The notes under the pieces: generated by a model
Database searches by the model: none
What the model saw: only the letters and a program-made list of their open reading frames with translations
What the model was told of the DNA's origin: nothing
Translations under genes and position numbers: made by a program
In this document: piece after piece, positions 24,974 to 38,361 of the stretch
Position numbering within the stretch: position 1 is the first letter of the stretch
Layout of the letters: each line of letters begins with the position of its first letter
Origin: the human T2T-CHM13v2.0 reference genome, Homo sapiens
Length of the DNA stretch: 64,000 nt
Assembly: GCF_009914755.1 (NCBI RefSeq)
Contig: NC_060933.1
Direction: 5' to 3' (one strand)

Positions 24974-25073
24974 AAAGATGCTGAAATTTGTATATCTGAA
25001 GATAGTAGCAAGTTATTCTAGGAATAGCAGTTTGAATTTTGTAAAAACTACTGTCCTGTCCAAGTCCATCTAC

Positions 25074-25166
25074 TAAAGTAACCAGGCATTCCAGTCAGGC
25101 TGGGCCAGAGGGATTTCCCAGGAAGTGGGACTTTCAGTGCAAAAATCAGAGAATTCCTGGTTACTT
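25074..25166 (+). mobile_element. hAT-Blackjack MER81-like MITE
   Basis: gagggatttcccaggaagtgggactttcagtgcaaaaatcagagaattcctgg matches the recalled MER81 core. Confidence 0.65.
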
Positions 25167-26069
25167 GAGACTTCAGGAAAGGGGAGAAGGAAATTGCCCA
25201 ATGTCCCTGTAAAGTACAAGTATATTAACATCTTACCCCTATAGCAATAATTCAAGGTAAATGACCAGCCAAATTGATAACTTTGATTTACAGCCCAGGA
25301 AGTGCATCATATTTTGGATATATTTTGCCAACATTCCCCCACCCCCTTTTCTCTTGGTAAAGCACTCTGATTCTTGTCACTGTTTTTTGTTTGTTGTCTA
25401 CATTTCCAATAACACTGAATTGTTTCTGTGAACGACTTTGAAATACGTTCCAATATATTTTATTCTCTACCCTCATTTATCTTTGTCTAGTTTTATTCAG
25501 ATTGTTCTTCTTCCATTTCATACTGTGGCTATTTTTATGTGTTGATTCATTTTCCATTTAATTTATGTTTTCTGTTTAGTTTTTCAATATGGATGTCTTT
25601 AATATGAAATATTTCAGTCACATAAAAATACGTAAAATATAATGTTAAAAGCACCCATGTATCCACTGCCAAGGATAAATAAAAACATTAAGATGAAGTC
25701 AATGCCCCCCACCTCAATTGACTATCTTTTCTACCCTCCAGAGCCAAAGACTACCCTGCATTTGATGTTTATCTTTCCAAAAAATCTTCACATTTTTACT
25801 GCGGGTGTATATATCTATAAACAGTGGATTAGATTATTGGGCATAATTTTAATATTTATATAGGTAAAGCCTTATGACATGTATTATCATGTAACTTAAA
25901 TTTGTCAGTATTGTGTATATAAGATTCAGTTATACTGAATACATAGAACTCTATTTAAGGGTCTAATAATATCCTGTTTCACAAGTACATTGTAATTTAT
26001 CCATTCTTCTACTGGTTGAAATTGGTTTTTTTCTTTTTTCTTTATTTCAAATAATGTTCCTATGTTATA

Positions 26070-26178
26070 TAGATATATATACACACACACATATACACAC
26101 ATATATAATATGTATACACACATATTATACACACACACATCATACGTGTGCCATATAATACATATAATATATATATTT
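26070..26178. repeat. (CA/TA)-rich low-complexity tract
   Basis: atatatatacacacacacatatacacac... Confidence 0.85.
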
Positions 26179-26257
26179 GTGGGAGCATGTGAGGATGTTC
26201 CTAAAGAGCATACCTAGGAGATGCTTGGTCATGAGGGATATGCACCCAACTTTATGA

Positions 26258-26716
<459 letters not shown>

Positions 26717-27168
26717 AAGAAGAACGTATCTTGTCATGGTATTCATCTTCATTTCTTTTAGTATTAGTGAGGTTGAGCAGCTTTTATTGCACTTTTGGCT
26801 ATGTGGTTTTTCTCTTATATGAATCATCTGTAAAAATACTGTGTCTATTTATTTGATGGGCTATTTGTCTTTTACTTATTGATTTATATGTAATTTTATA
26901 TGATATAGATACTAATTTGTTGTCAGTTACATGGTTTGCAAATATGTACACATTCTGTCGATTTGTAGTCTGTCTTAGCACTCAGACGGCAAGAAGTTTA
27001 AACTTTTTAATGTGTCACTTCTATCAGTATTTTTTATGGTTTATATTTTTTAAATTGTTAAAGTCATATATTTATTTCATGTATTTCCTTCTAACTATTT
27101 TAAAGTGATCTTCTAAATTTAAGTCTTTGACTTGTCCTGAAATGATTGTTATGAATGGTGTGAGGGAG

Positions 27169-27616
27169 TGCTCTGGGTTGAAATATGTCTCCCCTAAATT
27201 CATATGTTTAAGTTCTAACCTCTAGTTGGTCATAATGTATCTTTATTTGGAGGCAGGATCTTTACAGAGGTAATCATGTTAAAATAAGTATATTAGAATG
27301 GTCCCTAATCCAATATGATTTATGTCCTTATAAAAATAAAATTTGAAGACAGACACGGCATACAGGGAGAATGCCATGTGATGATGAGAGCAGAGATCGG
27401 GCTGATGCTCCTACAAAACATGGAATGCCAAAGATTGCTGGGAAAGCAGCAAAAGCTACACAAGAGGCATGGAAGAGATTGTCACAGAAAGAACCAAACC
27501 TGATGGCACCTTAATATTGTACTTCTAACCTCCAGAAGTGCGAGACAATGCATTTTTTGTTGTTTAAGCCACTCAGTTTGGGACACTTTGTTACAGCAGT
27601 CCTGCAGACCAGAATG
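27169..27616 (+). mobile_element. MaLR solo LTR (MLT1C-like)
   Basis: tgctctgggttgaa...gatctttacagaggtaatc...ggaatgccaaagattgct...tgttgtttaagccactcagtttg...tttgttacagcag. Confidence 0.85.
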
Positions 27617-27671
27617 AGAAGATTTATTTATTTACTCTTCAGTATAGTTAATCAACTCCCCCCATAATTAT

Positions 27672-28035
27672 TGTATTAGTCCATTTTCAGGCTGCTGATA
27701 AATACATAGCAGAGACTGGGCAATTTACAAAAGACAGAGGTTTATTGAATTTCCATTTCCACACGGCTGGGGAGGCCTCACAGTCATGGCGGAAGGCACG
27801 GAGGAGACAGTCACATCTATGTGGATGGCAGCAAGCAAAGAGAGAGCTTGTGCAGGAAAATTCCCGTTTTTAAAACCATCAGATCTCGTGAGACCTATTC
27901 ACTATCACCAAACAGCATGGCAAAGATCCGCCCCCGTGATTTAATTGTTTCCCACCAGGTCACTCACACAACAGATGGGAATTGTGGGAGCTGCAAGATG
28001 AAATTTGGGTGGGGAAGCAGAGCCAAGCCATATCA
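27672..28035 (-). mobile_element. THE1 solo LTR (THE1A/B-like)
   Basis: tgtattagtccattttc...gctggggaggcctcac...aaaaccatcagatctcgtgaga...gccaagccatatca. Confidence 0.92.
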
Positions 28036-28562
28036 ACCATGTCTTAAATACTTTTTCTTTTCGTCACTTAATTGAACTATCTTGATTTTGTGAAATAACA
28101 AGTCTCTTCATATGTGTATCTGTCTGACCTCTACACTTTTGAAACTTATATCTGTTTATTCTTGCACTAAAGTGAAATGTCTTATATACTATAGTTTAAT
28201 TACTATTGCTTTGTATATCTGATACAGTGAGATCCCTCCCTATCCATTCTACTTCAGGAGCATGCCAGCTATGGTTTTTTGCCTCATTGTTTATCCATAT
28301 AAACTTTGTAATAGAGATGTTAATTGAACAAAACATAAAATAAAATTTCAAAGAGAGTATTTTGATTGGAATTACATTCCATATGCAATTTCAATTTGAG
28401 AAGAATTGAAAACTTTGTAATATTCAGGTTTTCTATTCATGATGTCATCTGTCTCTCAGCTTATTGTGGTATTTTTAATATTTTAAATAAAATTTTCTAA
28501 TTTTCTCCATGAAAGTCTAGGATATATTTTGGTTGATTTTTTCATAGGTATGTTCATTTTCC

Positions 28563-29072
28563 TGTGAGCAACAAAAGACTCTCCACAAGAATACAAGTTT
28601 TGATCAATAGGAGTTTTATTACTTGTCACAAGTAAGGAAAGCCCTGGGACTATTCTCCAAAGCTGTGCTCCCAAAGGGAAAGCAACAGGAGGGTTTTACT
28701 GGGTAATGGAAAGGGTAGCACGTGCATCATGGCATGTAGTTGGGGGGTCCTAGAGGCGCAGACACAGGGTCATCACGCCACCACATAGGTTGTTACAATG
28801 AAGCTATTATAATGTTATAATGAAGCTGTTATAATGAAGCTATAGGTCCTCCCAGGGTGGATACTTTAGCATGTTAATGGGAAAAGTTCACTGGGGTTCA
28901 TCTGTAAGTTGCCAAGGTCTGTCAGGAGTTGGTTTCAGCCAAGTAGGTGGCCATATACCACATAGGGCTTGAAAAAAAAAAAAAACTGTAACATAGGAAG
29001 CTTTAAAAAAGACAGATTGTTCAGTCCGGTTGAATGATTATAATCCCTGAAGACCCTACCTATCTGCTTACA
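28563..29072 (-). mobile_element. ERV1-class solo LTR (MER66-like)
   Basis: tg...ca termini; reverse begins tgtaagcagataggtagggtc; ttttatt (aataaaa on minus) near 28615. Shares cccagggtgg...ctttagcat-type motif with the LTR at 54 kb. Confidence 0.6.
28791..28844. repeat. 14-bp minisatellite (tgttataatgaagc) x~3.5 inside LTR
   Basis: Units at 28791, 28813 and 28827 plus a partial unit. Confidence 0.85.
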
Positions 29073-31039
29073 AAACTTTCCTAAAGGTTTCCCCTCTTCT
29101 CATAGGATATTTCAACATGGGAGTTGCAAGTATAGATGAGCTACCTAATTAAAAAGAAACAAAATAAGAAAATGTAAAACATAAAAATTTCACTCATATA
29201 AACTTTCAAGAATTAATTGATCTTTTAAGTATTATTATTTTTCAATATAATCACTTTGTGTGTGCTTCCTCGGAAAAGATGGAAATAATCACTATCTAAG
29301 CGTTGAAGCACGCTGGTTTTGATTTTAGATATCATTGACTTTATGCTTTTGTTCAGGATTTGTGGTCCAATTCTTGCTCAAATGCCTTCATACATGTTAA
29401 GTCTAGTCTGATAATATTCTTTCCAACCAAAAATTTATTGTAAAGTAGAAACACTCTACATTTCAACCAATTAGATCAAAGTGAAAATATGTTGGTCTTC
29501 ATTTCTCATTGATTATGTATGTATAATTTTTACCAAACCACACTTCTCCCAAGAGATCCCTAAGGAGTTTGGCAAGTAAAACTTCCATGCTTCACTACTC
29601 ACTCACAATGATACCAGTTTCCTCTTCCAGTTCCTCTGGAAAAACAAGTCCGTCCTCCAGTTTTTCTCCTTCAAGGCTTCCTATTGATTTCCCTCTTAGG
29701 ATTGCCTCTCTTCTATTGTTTTTCAAGGTCTCCAGTGGAATAAACTATGTAGGAGAAAGAGCTTACTATCTTTCCCTCATGTGTGTGAGGATGATCACTC
29801 AGTTAAAATGGGGAAACTGAAAAATCATTACACTGCATTAGATAAGCAGTTTCTTTGTTGCATTATCAGGTTTGCTTCAGATAAAATTATAGCTATCACC
29901 AGGAATGTACTTATTACCAACATGGCAAATGTTTCCAGCCAGTGTGTAACAGTAAAATATGATCCAAATACATTGTTTAAATTCATATTAATATTAATTT
30001 ATTCTACATGTTGACTCTTTGTCAAACAAAGGTTTGGAGAAATTATTTGTCTGCTGGAAGTTCTCAGCTGGACTTCAACTATTTATTTTCCACTCATTTT
30101 TAAAAGGATTTATTCTGAAAGGTTTCCTTTTTATTTAAAAAACTTTCATTCAGAAGCATACTGAATGAGGGAAGAAATACAGTAGAAAGAATTTTGAGCA
30201 GTGTTTTTAATTTTTACTAAATGATAAATATTAATTATTATTTTAAAATACAATAATAAGTTAAAGCTCTTCGTTTCTAACTATCGTGCATAGCAATCTA
30301 CCGAGTTAATACAAATTCAATTTGTAATAATCACTTCTGTAATACATAAATTATATGGTACAATATAATAAGCAATAATAGTACATATTACAAAATGGTC
30401 TGACATCTTAACAAAAAACATCCTAACACATGGCTATTATACCAGAGGAAAATAGTATTGTGAAGTAGCTATACTTGCAATTCACACAGAAAATGAATCA
30501 TAATGCATTAACGCCTTTGAATAATTTGCAAGTAAATGAACCAAAAAACTACATGGCACGACATAGGTACTTACGTTATTTGAGGGTGGGGAGGAGTAAA
30601 GGTAAGGGAAAGAAAAATTAGAATAAAATATTGTGTTAGTAAGTGCTTACATGTGTGCTAAACCATCTTATAACAGTTAACCAGCAGATGTCTGAAATGC
30701 AGTTACTTTCTATTTATTATTTTGCTGATTTGTTTGCTAATAAAATGTTATTGCCCAAATGACAATGTTGAATTAACTACAAAATGATGCTCTTGAAGAT
30801 TAGCTAGATTAAATCGTAGAATCCAATAACTGAAGAATTACTTCAGAGATCATCTAGTCACTCCTAAGTCTCCCAGTAGCAAAATCCCTTTACATCATTA
30901 CATAAAGATGACTGCACATTCTGTCTATAGCAAACCCTCTATCCAATATCTGGATACCTTCCTCACTAAGAAAATCTTGAGCTTTATCAAGGTTGCAAAT
31001 ATGCCTAATTAAATCTTCACCATCAACCTTTTAGTTTAG

Positions 31040-31385
31040 ATTGGCCATATCATACATGTCTAGTTTAAAAGATAAATAAATAAGCAGAAGTCTCTTAGAG
31101 GCTTCTGGGAAAGCATGTTCTTTCCTAACAAAAAAAGGATAAGTGCCTCATCTCTACCTCAAATACTGATGTAATGGAGGAAGCTACTATGATAACCATC
31201 TTGTTGCCTTGAGAGAAAGATCAAAAGAATTGCAGAGACTTGGACCCTGACATCCTTGGGCCCTAAAACAGCATTTAACTACTCCCGAGTAGTTTGTTAT
31301 GTAAAAATAAAATAAAAATAATCTATTTTTTAAACCGTTTATGATCTGGATTTCTCATTCTGCCATCTAACATTCTTGGCTTATA
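31040..31385 (+). mobile_element. Old MaLR LTR (MLT1J/K-like)
   Basis: ggcttctgggaaag...accatcttg...aagaattgcagagac...ccctgacatc...ttgttatgtaaaaataa. Confidence 0.6.
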
Positions 31386-31629
31386 AACTACCATTAAAAT
31401 GTTCTAGAAGTGGTATATCCAGAAAACAACATCAAACATACATTATTACTAAAGTTCTTCCACCTGAACTTCTATAGATACTTTCAACTTCATATATCAA
31501 AAATTGAGATAATCATGGTCATCTTGAAACCTTGTTTTTTATTTTATATTTCCTGACTTGCTGAAAGGAACTGACTTCCTCCACATCACTGAAGTCAGAA
31601 ACTGAAAGTCCTAACTTCAGATTTGTTCC

Positions 31630-31820
31630 TCATAGGCTCTGTGCATTTTCTGCATTAGCTCATTTAATCCTCTTATGAACCTGACAAGTCACGTATTCAT
31701 ATTATTCAATGTAAGACCAAAACATGGACGTGCTAAATATTTTTCCAAGTTTACACAGCTATTAAGTAACAGAGCTGGGATTTGAACAGAGACAATTTGA
31801 TAACAGAATTCAATTTTGAT
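31630..31820 (-). mobile_element. MIR nested in an L2 fragment (L2 ~31440-31930, +)
   Basis: cattagctcatttaatcctc...ccaagtttacacagctattaagtaacagagctgggatttgaac. Confidence 0.75.
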
Positions 31821-32029
31821 ACATCCTTGCTTCTCTCTCATTCACTCACCATCTTCAATAGTTACCAAATCCTGATTATGTTGTCACAATACCTGTCAAG
31901 TCTGTCTGCTTTGCTCCCTTCTGGTTAGCACTGACGTGTCCTCTATTCAAACAAAAAACTACATTACAGCAATAAATAATCCAAACAAGAGGAAATGGAA
32001 TGTTTATGCGGAAGCACAAGTGGGAAAGG

Positions 32030-32150
32030 AAACTAACACTTACTGAGTCTTTATACTATACAGGGCTCTGTATTAGTTCATTTAATTTTCATAATGTCTC
32101 TATGAAGTAATTATTGTTGTGCCTATTTGATAGATGAGAAACTAAGTTAC
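32030..32150 (-). mobile_element. MIR fragment
   Basis: ctaacacttactgag...tcatttaattttcataat...tagatgagaaactaag. Confidence 0.65.
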
Positions 32151-34234
32151 ACAGGTAGTCATCAGCAGACCAACTGGGTTGAAGGATAGTGATCAGAGGT
32201 AAATGATGAAGGTGTCATAATGTTGTTATTGACTGGTTTTAAAGGGTATCAATTGTCCACATAGGGACAGTAGTTTAGGATTTTTGATAGTGAAGTCATA
32301 TAAATTTGTGGCCACTGATTCTAAGTCTCACTGGAGTCAAATGAGTAAATATATAAGACTGATCACCGAAGTTTAATTATCTGAGCAATTTACCCACAAC
32401 ATGTTTTAAATATGTCATAGTAGCAGCTTCAAAATATTCTCTAGAAGACAAGCTTAAATTGATCCATGTAGGTCCAACTCTAGTCACAACATTTCAGAGA
32501 GAAAGCAAAATCCTAGGCTGCTTGATTTCTAAAATTTAGAAAACATATTGCATTATAAAACTGCTTTTGAAATCTCAGTAAGAAAAATGTTCATTGAGAG
32601 CCAAATCAGATAAGTGGTCTGGTTTTATGCTCAGTTGAATGATACCAGTCGCTTTACCAATTTGCTAAATTTTAATATATTTGCTAACGTTAGTCCACAT
32701 ATTTTTTCTTTTTCCACTTCTCTTCCCCTCTGCTGCTTTGTCCTCTTCTCTTTTTTGTCTGATTATAATATAATAAACATACCACAGAGCTGTGCTATTC
32801 CTCAAAAATGTAAATGCAGAAAATAAAATCGTTGTTGAATGTTAGACTCAGGCGGCTTCCCGCCATTTACAAACTGCTAGGCTCATTTTCATATGAAGCC
32901 CTGGAAATAGAAGGAGTTAGACCGCAAAATGAAATGTCCTCACAGGCTATTCCCGCATGGAGGACCACTGACAAATCTTATGGCCTTGGATCCAGAAATA
33001 AACACCATTCAGTGACTGTTTGTACAGTCAGGCCATTAAGTGCAATGATTTGTAAGTCCTCAAGAGATCCCTTAAACTACAGTGCCTTGTGTTTGCAGCA
33101 GCTTGGCAGGAATTGTATTTTTTTTTAATCCTGCAGCTCACTGGCCAATAAAGTGTGTGCAAGGCACAATACCTCTCCAGTAAATACGAAAGAAAAACAT
33201 TGCGACTGTAGGGCTTCACGGAGTCTCTGAGCGATGTCATGTATGCAAAGAGCATTGAAGTCTCATCTATTTTGTTTTGTTAAAGGAACTTTCTTCATGG
33301 ATGAGGATGCTTACCCTGTATTAAACATCCTGTAATCTGGAACTACGGCCAAAATAGTCTAACAGTTATCTCTAATACTTCTTAAGAAGGTTTTACAAAG
33401 TAGAACCTTACAAAGATAACAACGTTCTGATGATAATGGCTCAATCAAGACTCTAAAATAAAGATGACCAGTATTCATGAAGGAGTTTTCTTAAGCAAGC
33501 AGAGATATTTATTAAAAAAAATATATATTCAGTGGGGTAACCTCTGCCTAAAAATTGGTGAGTCCCTTCTCCAGTTAAATAGTGGGCATTATTTTCTAGC
33601 GTTGTCTAATCTGTGTTCGTCCTATTTTGGGTGCCCTGGGCTGTTTATATAGTTTGTTAGTTTGTGGATATTTGCTTGTAGGTGCAGGTTTTATTGTTGT
33701 ATTTGTTTATGTGACTGCTCAAAATCCACTTTAAAATTTTCTCACTAAATCAATATAGACTTTTTCCTTCCAATTCTCTGTAGAAAATCCTGGATGCCCG
33801 CTTTGCATATGACCCAAGGAATGGCTTTTTCTGATTGATTGATTGTAATTCTGAGTCTTGCAACCTTTTTGCTTTCTGATTACTTTATATGCTGATTTCT
33901 GAGTGTCTTCGGTATCATCTAACGAACTGAAGTCAGGAAAATTGAAAATACTTTGGATAGAAAGAATTTTAATTGGGGTCCAGGCTGAAAATGGGTTTTC
34001 CATATTGGACAGAAATATATGCCATCAAATACCATTACCTCTCTTTCTCCCTTCTGTTCTCACCCCCAACAACTGAAGCTCAGGAGAATATTTCTAACTT
34101 AAACTGTGTCATGTACTGGGAGCCCAAGTTCACGGACGTACAGCACCTTACATGCAGTTGGAATTGAATTAAAGTGCTAAAATTTAAATGTGAAAATATT
34201 TACTAAGCCACAATTTCAAAATGTAACAGTCTTT

Positions 34235-34345
34235 TCTTTGAGTAGCTATTATATATTAGGCACTGTGCTAGGCTCTAGGGATGCAAAGATAAGGTCCACG
34301 ACTCAAGGAACTTACTGTATAGTGAGAAGAAAGATAGATAAATAG
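34235..34345 (-). mobile_element. L2 3' end fragment
   Basis: ttgagtagctatt...aggcactgtgctaggctctagggatgcaaagat...ctcaaggaactta. Confidence 0.7.
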
Positions 34346-36895
34346 AGTGTCAATTGCTAAAATACATACATATAAATTGAATGACTGTAACTTTTAACTC
34401 TATTCTTTTATTGGGTGCACAAAAGAATGTAATTCACAGAGCAAAATGAACATGTTTATAAAAAGAGCTACACTACTAAGAAACAAGGTAAAGTAAGACA
34501 TCGTATGTGGGTGTTGGGGTGGGTATTTTATTTAAAACTTGAAGAAATTGAACGAGTAAGCTTAACCCTCTACCCATCAATATCTCGTAAGTGAAAATAA
34601 GTCAAGAAGTATGAAGAAAATGGCATAGTACAAGAACACTATGTCCAGCAAAAGCTTAAGATTGTAATACAACTATAAAAGTGGTCTGGCAGTTTGATTA
34701 TGAAAATGCAAAAATTTAACTTAGATGAAAAGAAAGAGCATAAACATTCAATTAATATTCTATTGTTACTTTGGTCCTTAAATTTTAAAAACTCTTAGTG
34801 GAACATATATTTTTAAGCATTTTTTAAGCAACTACTCTGTGTAAAACACAGACACATGTGCAAATATTGATGCCTTTAATACAAGTGTTCTGCTTTTCTT
34901 TTTCTTGATGGAATCAATATCTTTATGGCTATTAATAAGAATTTTGCCATTGGCTAGTTATAGTTTTATTTCAGTTTTCATATGTCAAACGTGAAGGCTA
35001 CGTCTCAGTGTGGTTTGGAATTTATAGCTCACTTTGTATCATGTAACATTCACATTCTCTCCTACAAGATCCTTAACTGCTTCTTGTCTCATCTTGTGCC
35101 TACCACCACAATCCTTGTGAATTTTTGCAGCCGTCACACATTTGTTTTTGTCCCTCTGCCCTCCTCCATCCCCAGTTCATTCAATGACTTCTTGGAGTCC
35201 AGCACTGCTTCGGAAGGTTGAGCCATGGAGCTGATTCTAAGGTTGGCTCTGGAAATCTCAACTGATGCATTTGAGCTTTCCTTAAATGCACTTGCCTGTC
35301 ATGTGTAGCACTTAAACAGCATCTCATGTGAGGAAATCATACATAGTTTATTTAAAAGACCCTCAGCTCCCTTGCAGCAATAACCAAGCACAGGCAGCTA
35401 AATCGTTGAGTGCCTCTGTTGTTTGTTACAAATCATAACATCAAATACAGCATGAAGTACACGGAGGAGCACCCAAAAATAATTTATGCTGATGAACCCC
35501 AGCTATTAACATAAGTAGCACTGTCTCTGCCTGCCTTGCTGAACGTTAGATTGGGCTACAAGAGGAGGGAATCAGAACTGAGCAATAGCTTAAATCTCTA
35601 ATGGGTTTACGGGGTAAAATTACAGCAGGTATGCATATATAAATCATGTTTAACACTTTCAAAGCACAATCATATTTGGTATTTTCAAGAGTAGAGAAAT
35701 GAATAAAATAGAGATACTAGGGATAGGAATAGCCCCAGGAATTACAATTCTCCGTAAAGATAAACAAAACAATAACATTGATGAAAGTGAGTTTCTGACC
35801 TTTTCGGGGTTCTAATATTGAACTGAAAGTATGACGATTTTACCAAAATAACAACTCAAGAAATAAACCCCGAGGTGTAGAGTTGTATATGTGATAGCTA
35901 CTAAGCAAGTTCAAAAATCAGCAGAATTTTACACTTCTTCCTTCTCCTACTCTTCCATTGAAAGATAAATGTCCAAGCCATACATTGTCTATTTAGGCTA
36001 CAATAGGAAAGGCTGACCCAGGCATAGCACTAATTAATTAGAGAGCTCCATCAGTGTCAATTTCTCTAAGTACATTTAAAAATCAGTTATCTCTATAGTA
36101 GCCACCAGAAGTCATGTAAGTCTAAAAAAAAGAGCTATGAAAATATGTTCAGAAGAATATAGTGCCATCAACGTTCTGAGGTCATATTGTCTTGGAATCA
36201 ATACTAATAGATTTGGAAACAAACAAGAAGTGAGTCACATCTGACACAGTAGGTAAGATGTCATATTGTGTATGAGTGAATTCTTGATTTCATATCAGAA
36301 GGCTTCACTTATGTCCTTTTATAAGACTTATCAGATTCTAAGTTGTGGAAGAAAATACACTATTGGAGAAATGAGGAGAAGGTATGCCAGCAGGGCCATG
36401 GAAATAAGTTGTCATATGAAAAAGTGAAGAGTCACAGGGGATAGTATGCAAACATAATTTTTAGGAAGCTGAATTAAGTTGTGTAACCAGAACTCACTTA
36501 GAGAGAAAATCCTTCATTTATATACACTGTAAAATCTATAACCCAGGCATATTTAATTCCTTACACTTAAAAAAATAGGATTTAGAAATGCTTCAACATA
36601 TTGAAAATTTGAGCTTTCTAAACACTCTCTCAAGAAAGAAAACAACACATTTCCAAAGCATGTTCTTGGACTAGCTGTGCAGAAGAAAAATGACTAAGAT
36701 TTAAACTACAAGTCTCTTTCTTTATTCTTTAAACATGAACAGATTTTCACCCAGAAATACAGGACAGATCCAAATGTTGATGTGCAGGATTATAAAATTT
36801 TGCTAAGGCTGTCTGCAGCATGAACCAAGGTTATGGTTTGGTTCATACCGCTTTTCCTTTATGCAATAAAAAGAGACATCAAAAATTATAATAGC

Positions 36896-36985
36896 TTGCT
36901 TCTTTCTCTTTCTTTCTTTTTCCTTCTTTCTTTTTCTTTCTTTCTTTCCCCTCTTTTCTTTCCTTTTTTCACCCTTTTTTTTTTA
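36896..36985. repeat. CT-rich low-complexity tract
   Basis: Near-pure pyrimidine run. Confidence 0.85.
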
Positions 36986-37134
36986 TTCATAAAGATGTCA
37001 CATCCTCTCTATATCTTCAAGTTTCTCCATGGCCTTCCCTTGGGAGAATGTGGGGTGTTCCAAACAACAGGAACAACATCCATCGAATATATTTTTATTA
37101 AACATCCATTTCTATTCAATCACAAGGGATACAG

Positions 37135-37815
37135 AAGGCTGTGCTGCTATCCCACTGGGTCCAGAGGAAAGAGCATAGAGCCAAAGAGAATTACATTCTT
37201 TAGCCTTAAAATATAATAAAATTTGCCTTGCTAGGTTTGGACTTTCTAGGAACTTACGAGCCCTTTCTTCTTTCTAATTTCTCCTTTTAGCTGGGAATGT
37301 TTATCTTATGCCTGTGCCATCATTGTATTTTGGAAGCACATACTTGTTTGATTTCAAACAAGATAAATCATACCTCAAGTTTCACCTCTACCTGATTTCA
37401 ATAATATTTAGATGAAACTTTGATTAAGAGTTTATGCTGGAAAAGGTTAGTAGTTCCTTGGTATTGCTCCTCACATGACATCCATTGATATCATTGTGGT
37501 GTGGCCTTGCTACCATTAGGTGGTGGTTAGTGGCCTAACTGTGCACTTGGCCTCCTCTGATATCCCCCTACTAGGGAGGACTAGAGATGATTTATTATAG
37601 CTAGAAAGGAATGTCCTGTCTTCATACTCAGTTGTATTACTGTCTGTTGAAAGTGGAAGCCTATAAGCCCACCTGTCTTTACTGGTGGGAATGGGGTGGA
37701 ACCAGACTTCTTCTGTGGTATTTGGAATGCGTTAAGATTTTGAGGGCTGTTGGAATGGGTATTAATGCATTTGAATGTGAAAAGGATATGAATTTTGGGG
37801 GTACAGAAGGTAAAG
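37135..37815 (+). mobile_element. MaLR internal sequence (MLT1A-int-like 3' end), interrupted at 37448-37725
   Basis: agagccaaagag...atttctcctttt...gggaatgtttatcttatgcctgtgccatcattgtattttggaagca...gttaagattttgaggg...ggatatgaattttgggg, running directly into the LTR. Confidence 0.8.
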
Positions 37816-38181
37816 TGATATGAATTGAACTGTTTCTGTCACAAATTCCTACCTTGAAGCCTTAACCCCCAATGTGACTATGTATGAAGATAGGGCCTTT
37901 AAAGAGAAAATTAATATTAAATGATGTTACAAGGTTGGGATCCTAATCCAATACGACTAGTGTCCTTATAAGAAAAGGAAGAAATACTAGGGATATACAC
38001 ACTCAGAGAAAAGGCCAAGAGAGAATGCAGGGAGAAGGTGGCCTCCTGCAAGCAAAGGAGAAACAGGAGAAACCAGACCTTTTGACACTTTGATCTAGGA
38101 CATCCAATCTCCAGAACTATGAGAAATAAATTTCTGTCCTTTAAGATAGTCTGTGGTAGTTTGTTATGGCTGACTAACACA
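37816..38181 (+). mobile_element. MaLR 3' LTR (MLT1A0-like)
   Basis: tgatatgaattgaactgt...ccccaatgtgact...tagggcctttaaagag...ctccagaactatgagaaataaatttctg...gactaacaca; ~365 bp. Confidence 0.88.
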
Positions 38182-38309
38182 GTCTGAAAGGTGGAGATAG
38201 GAAGGCAGAGTGGCTAGGGATCTTGGGGTAAAAGAATCAATATGGAAAAGTTGACAACCTAGGAATGCCAGTGGATGCAGACAGAAATGACCCAACAAAA
38301 GCTTACTTT

Positions 38310-38361
38310 CTATAGCTAAAGGACCAGGAGAGGGGTCCTATAGCTAAAGGACCAGGAGAGG
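38310..38361. repeat. Perfect 24-bp direct repeat, 4-nt spacer
   Basis: ctatagctaaaggaccaggagagg at 38310-38333 and 38338-38361. Confidence 0.92.

Noticed and set aside
28791-28844. Short repeat arrays (here and at 61160-61248) as CRISPR-like arrays
   Set aside because: No unique spacers, no cas genes, primate context; these are ordinary minisatellites.
32814-33128. 104-aa ORF in the CpG-retaining segment
   Set aside because: No recognisable homology or exon structure; the length is compatible with chance.
36833-37216. 127-aa hydrophobic ORF, or a possible minus-strand retrocopy with a decayed tail
   Set aside because: The hydrophobicity comes from a CT-rich low-complexity tract, and no TSD could be identified.
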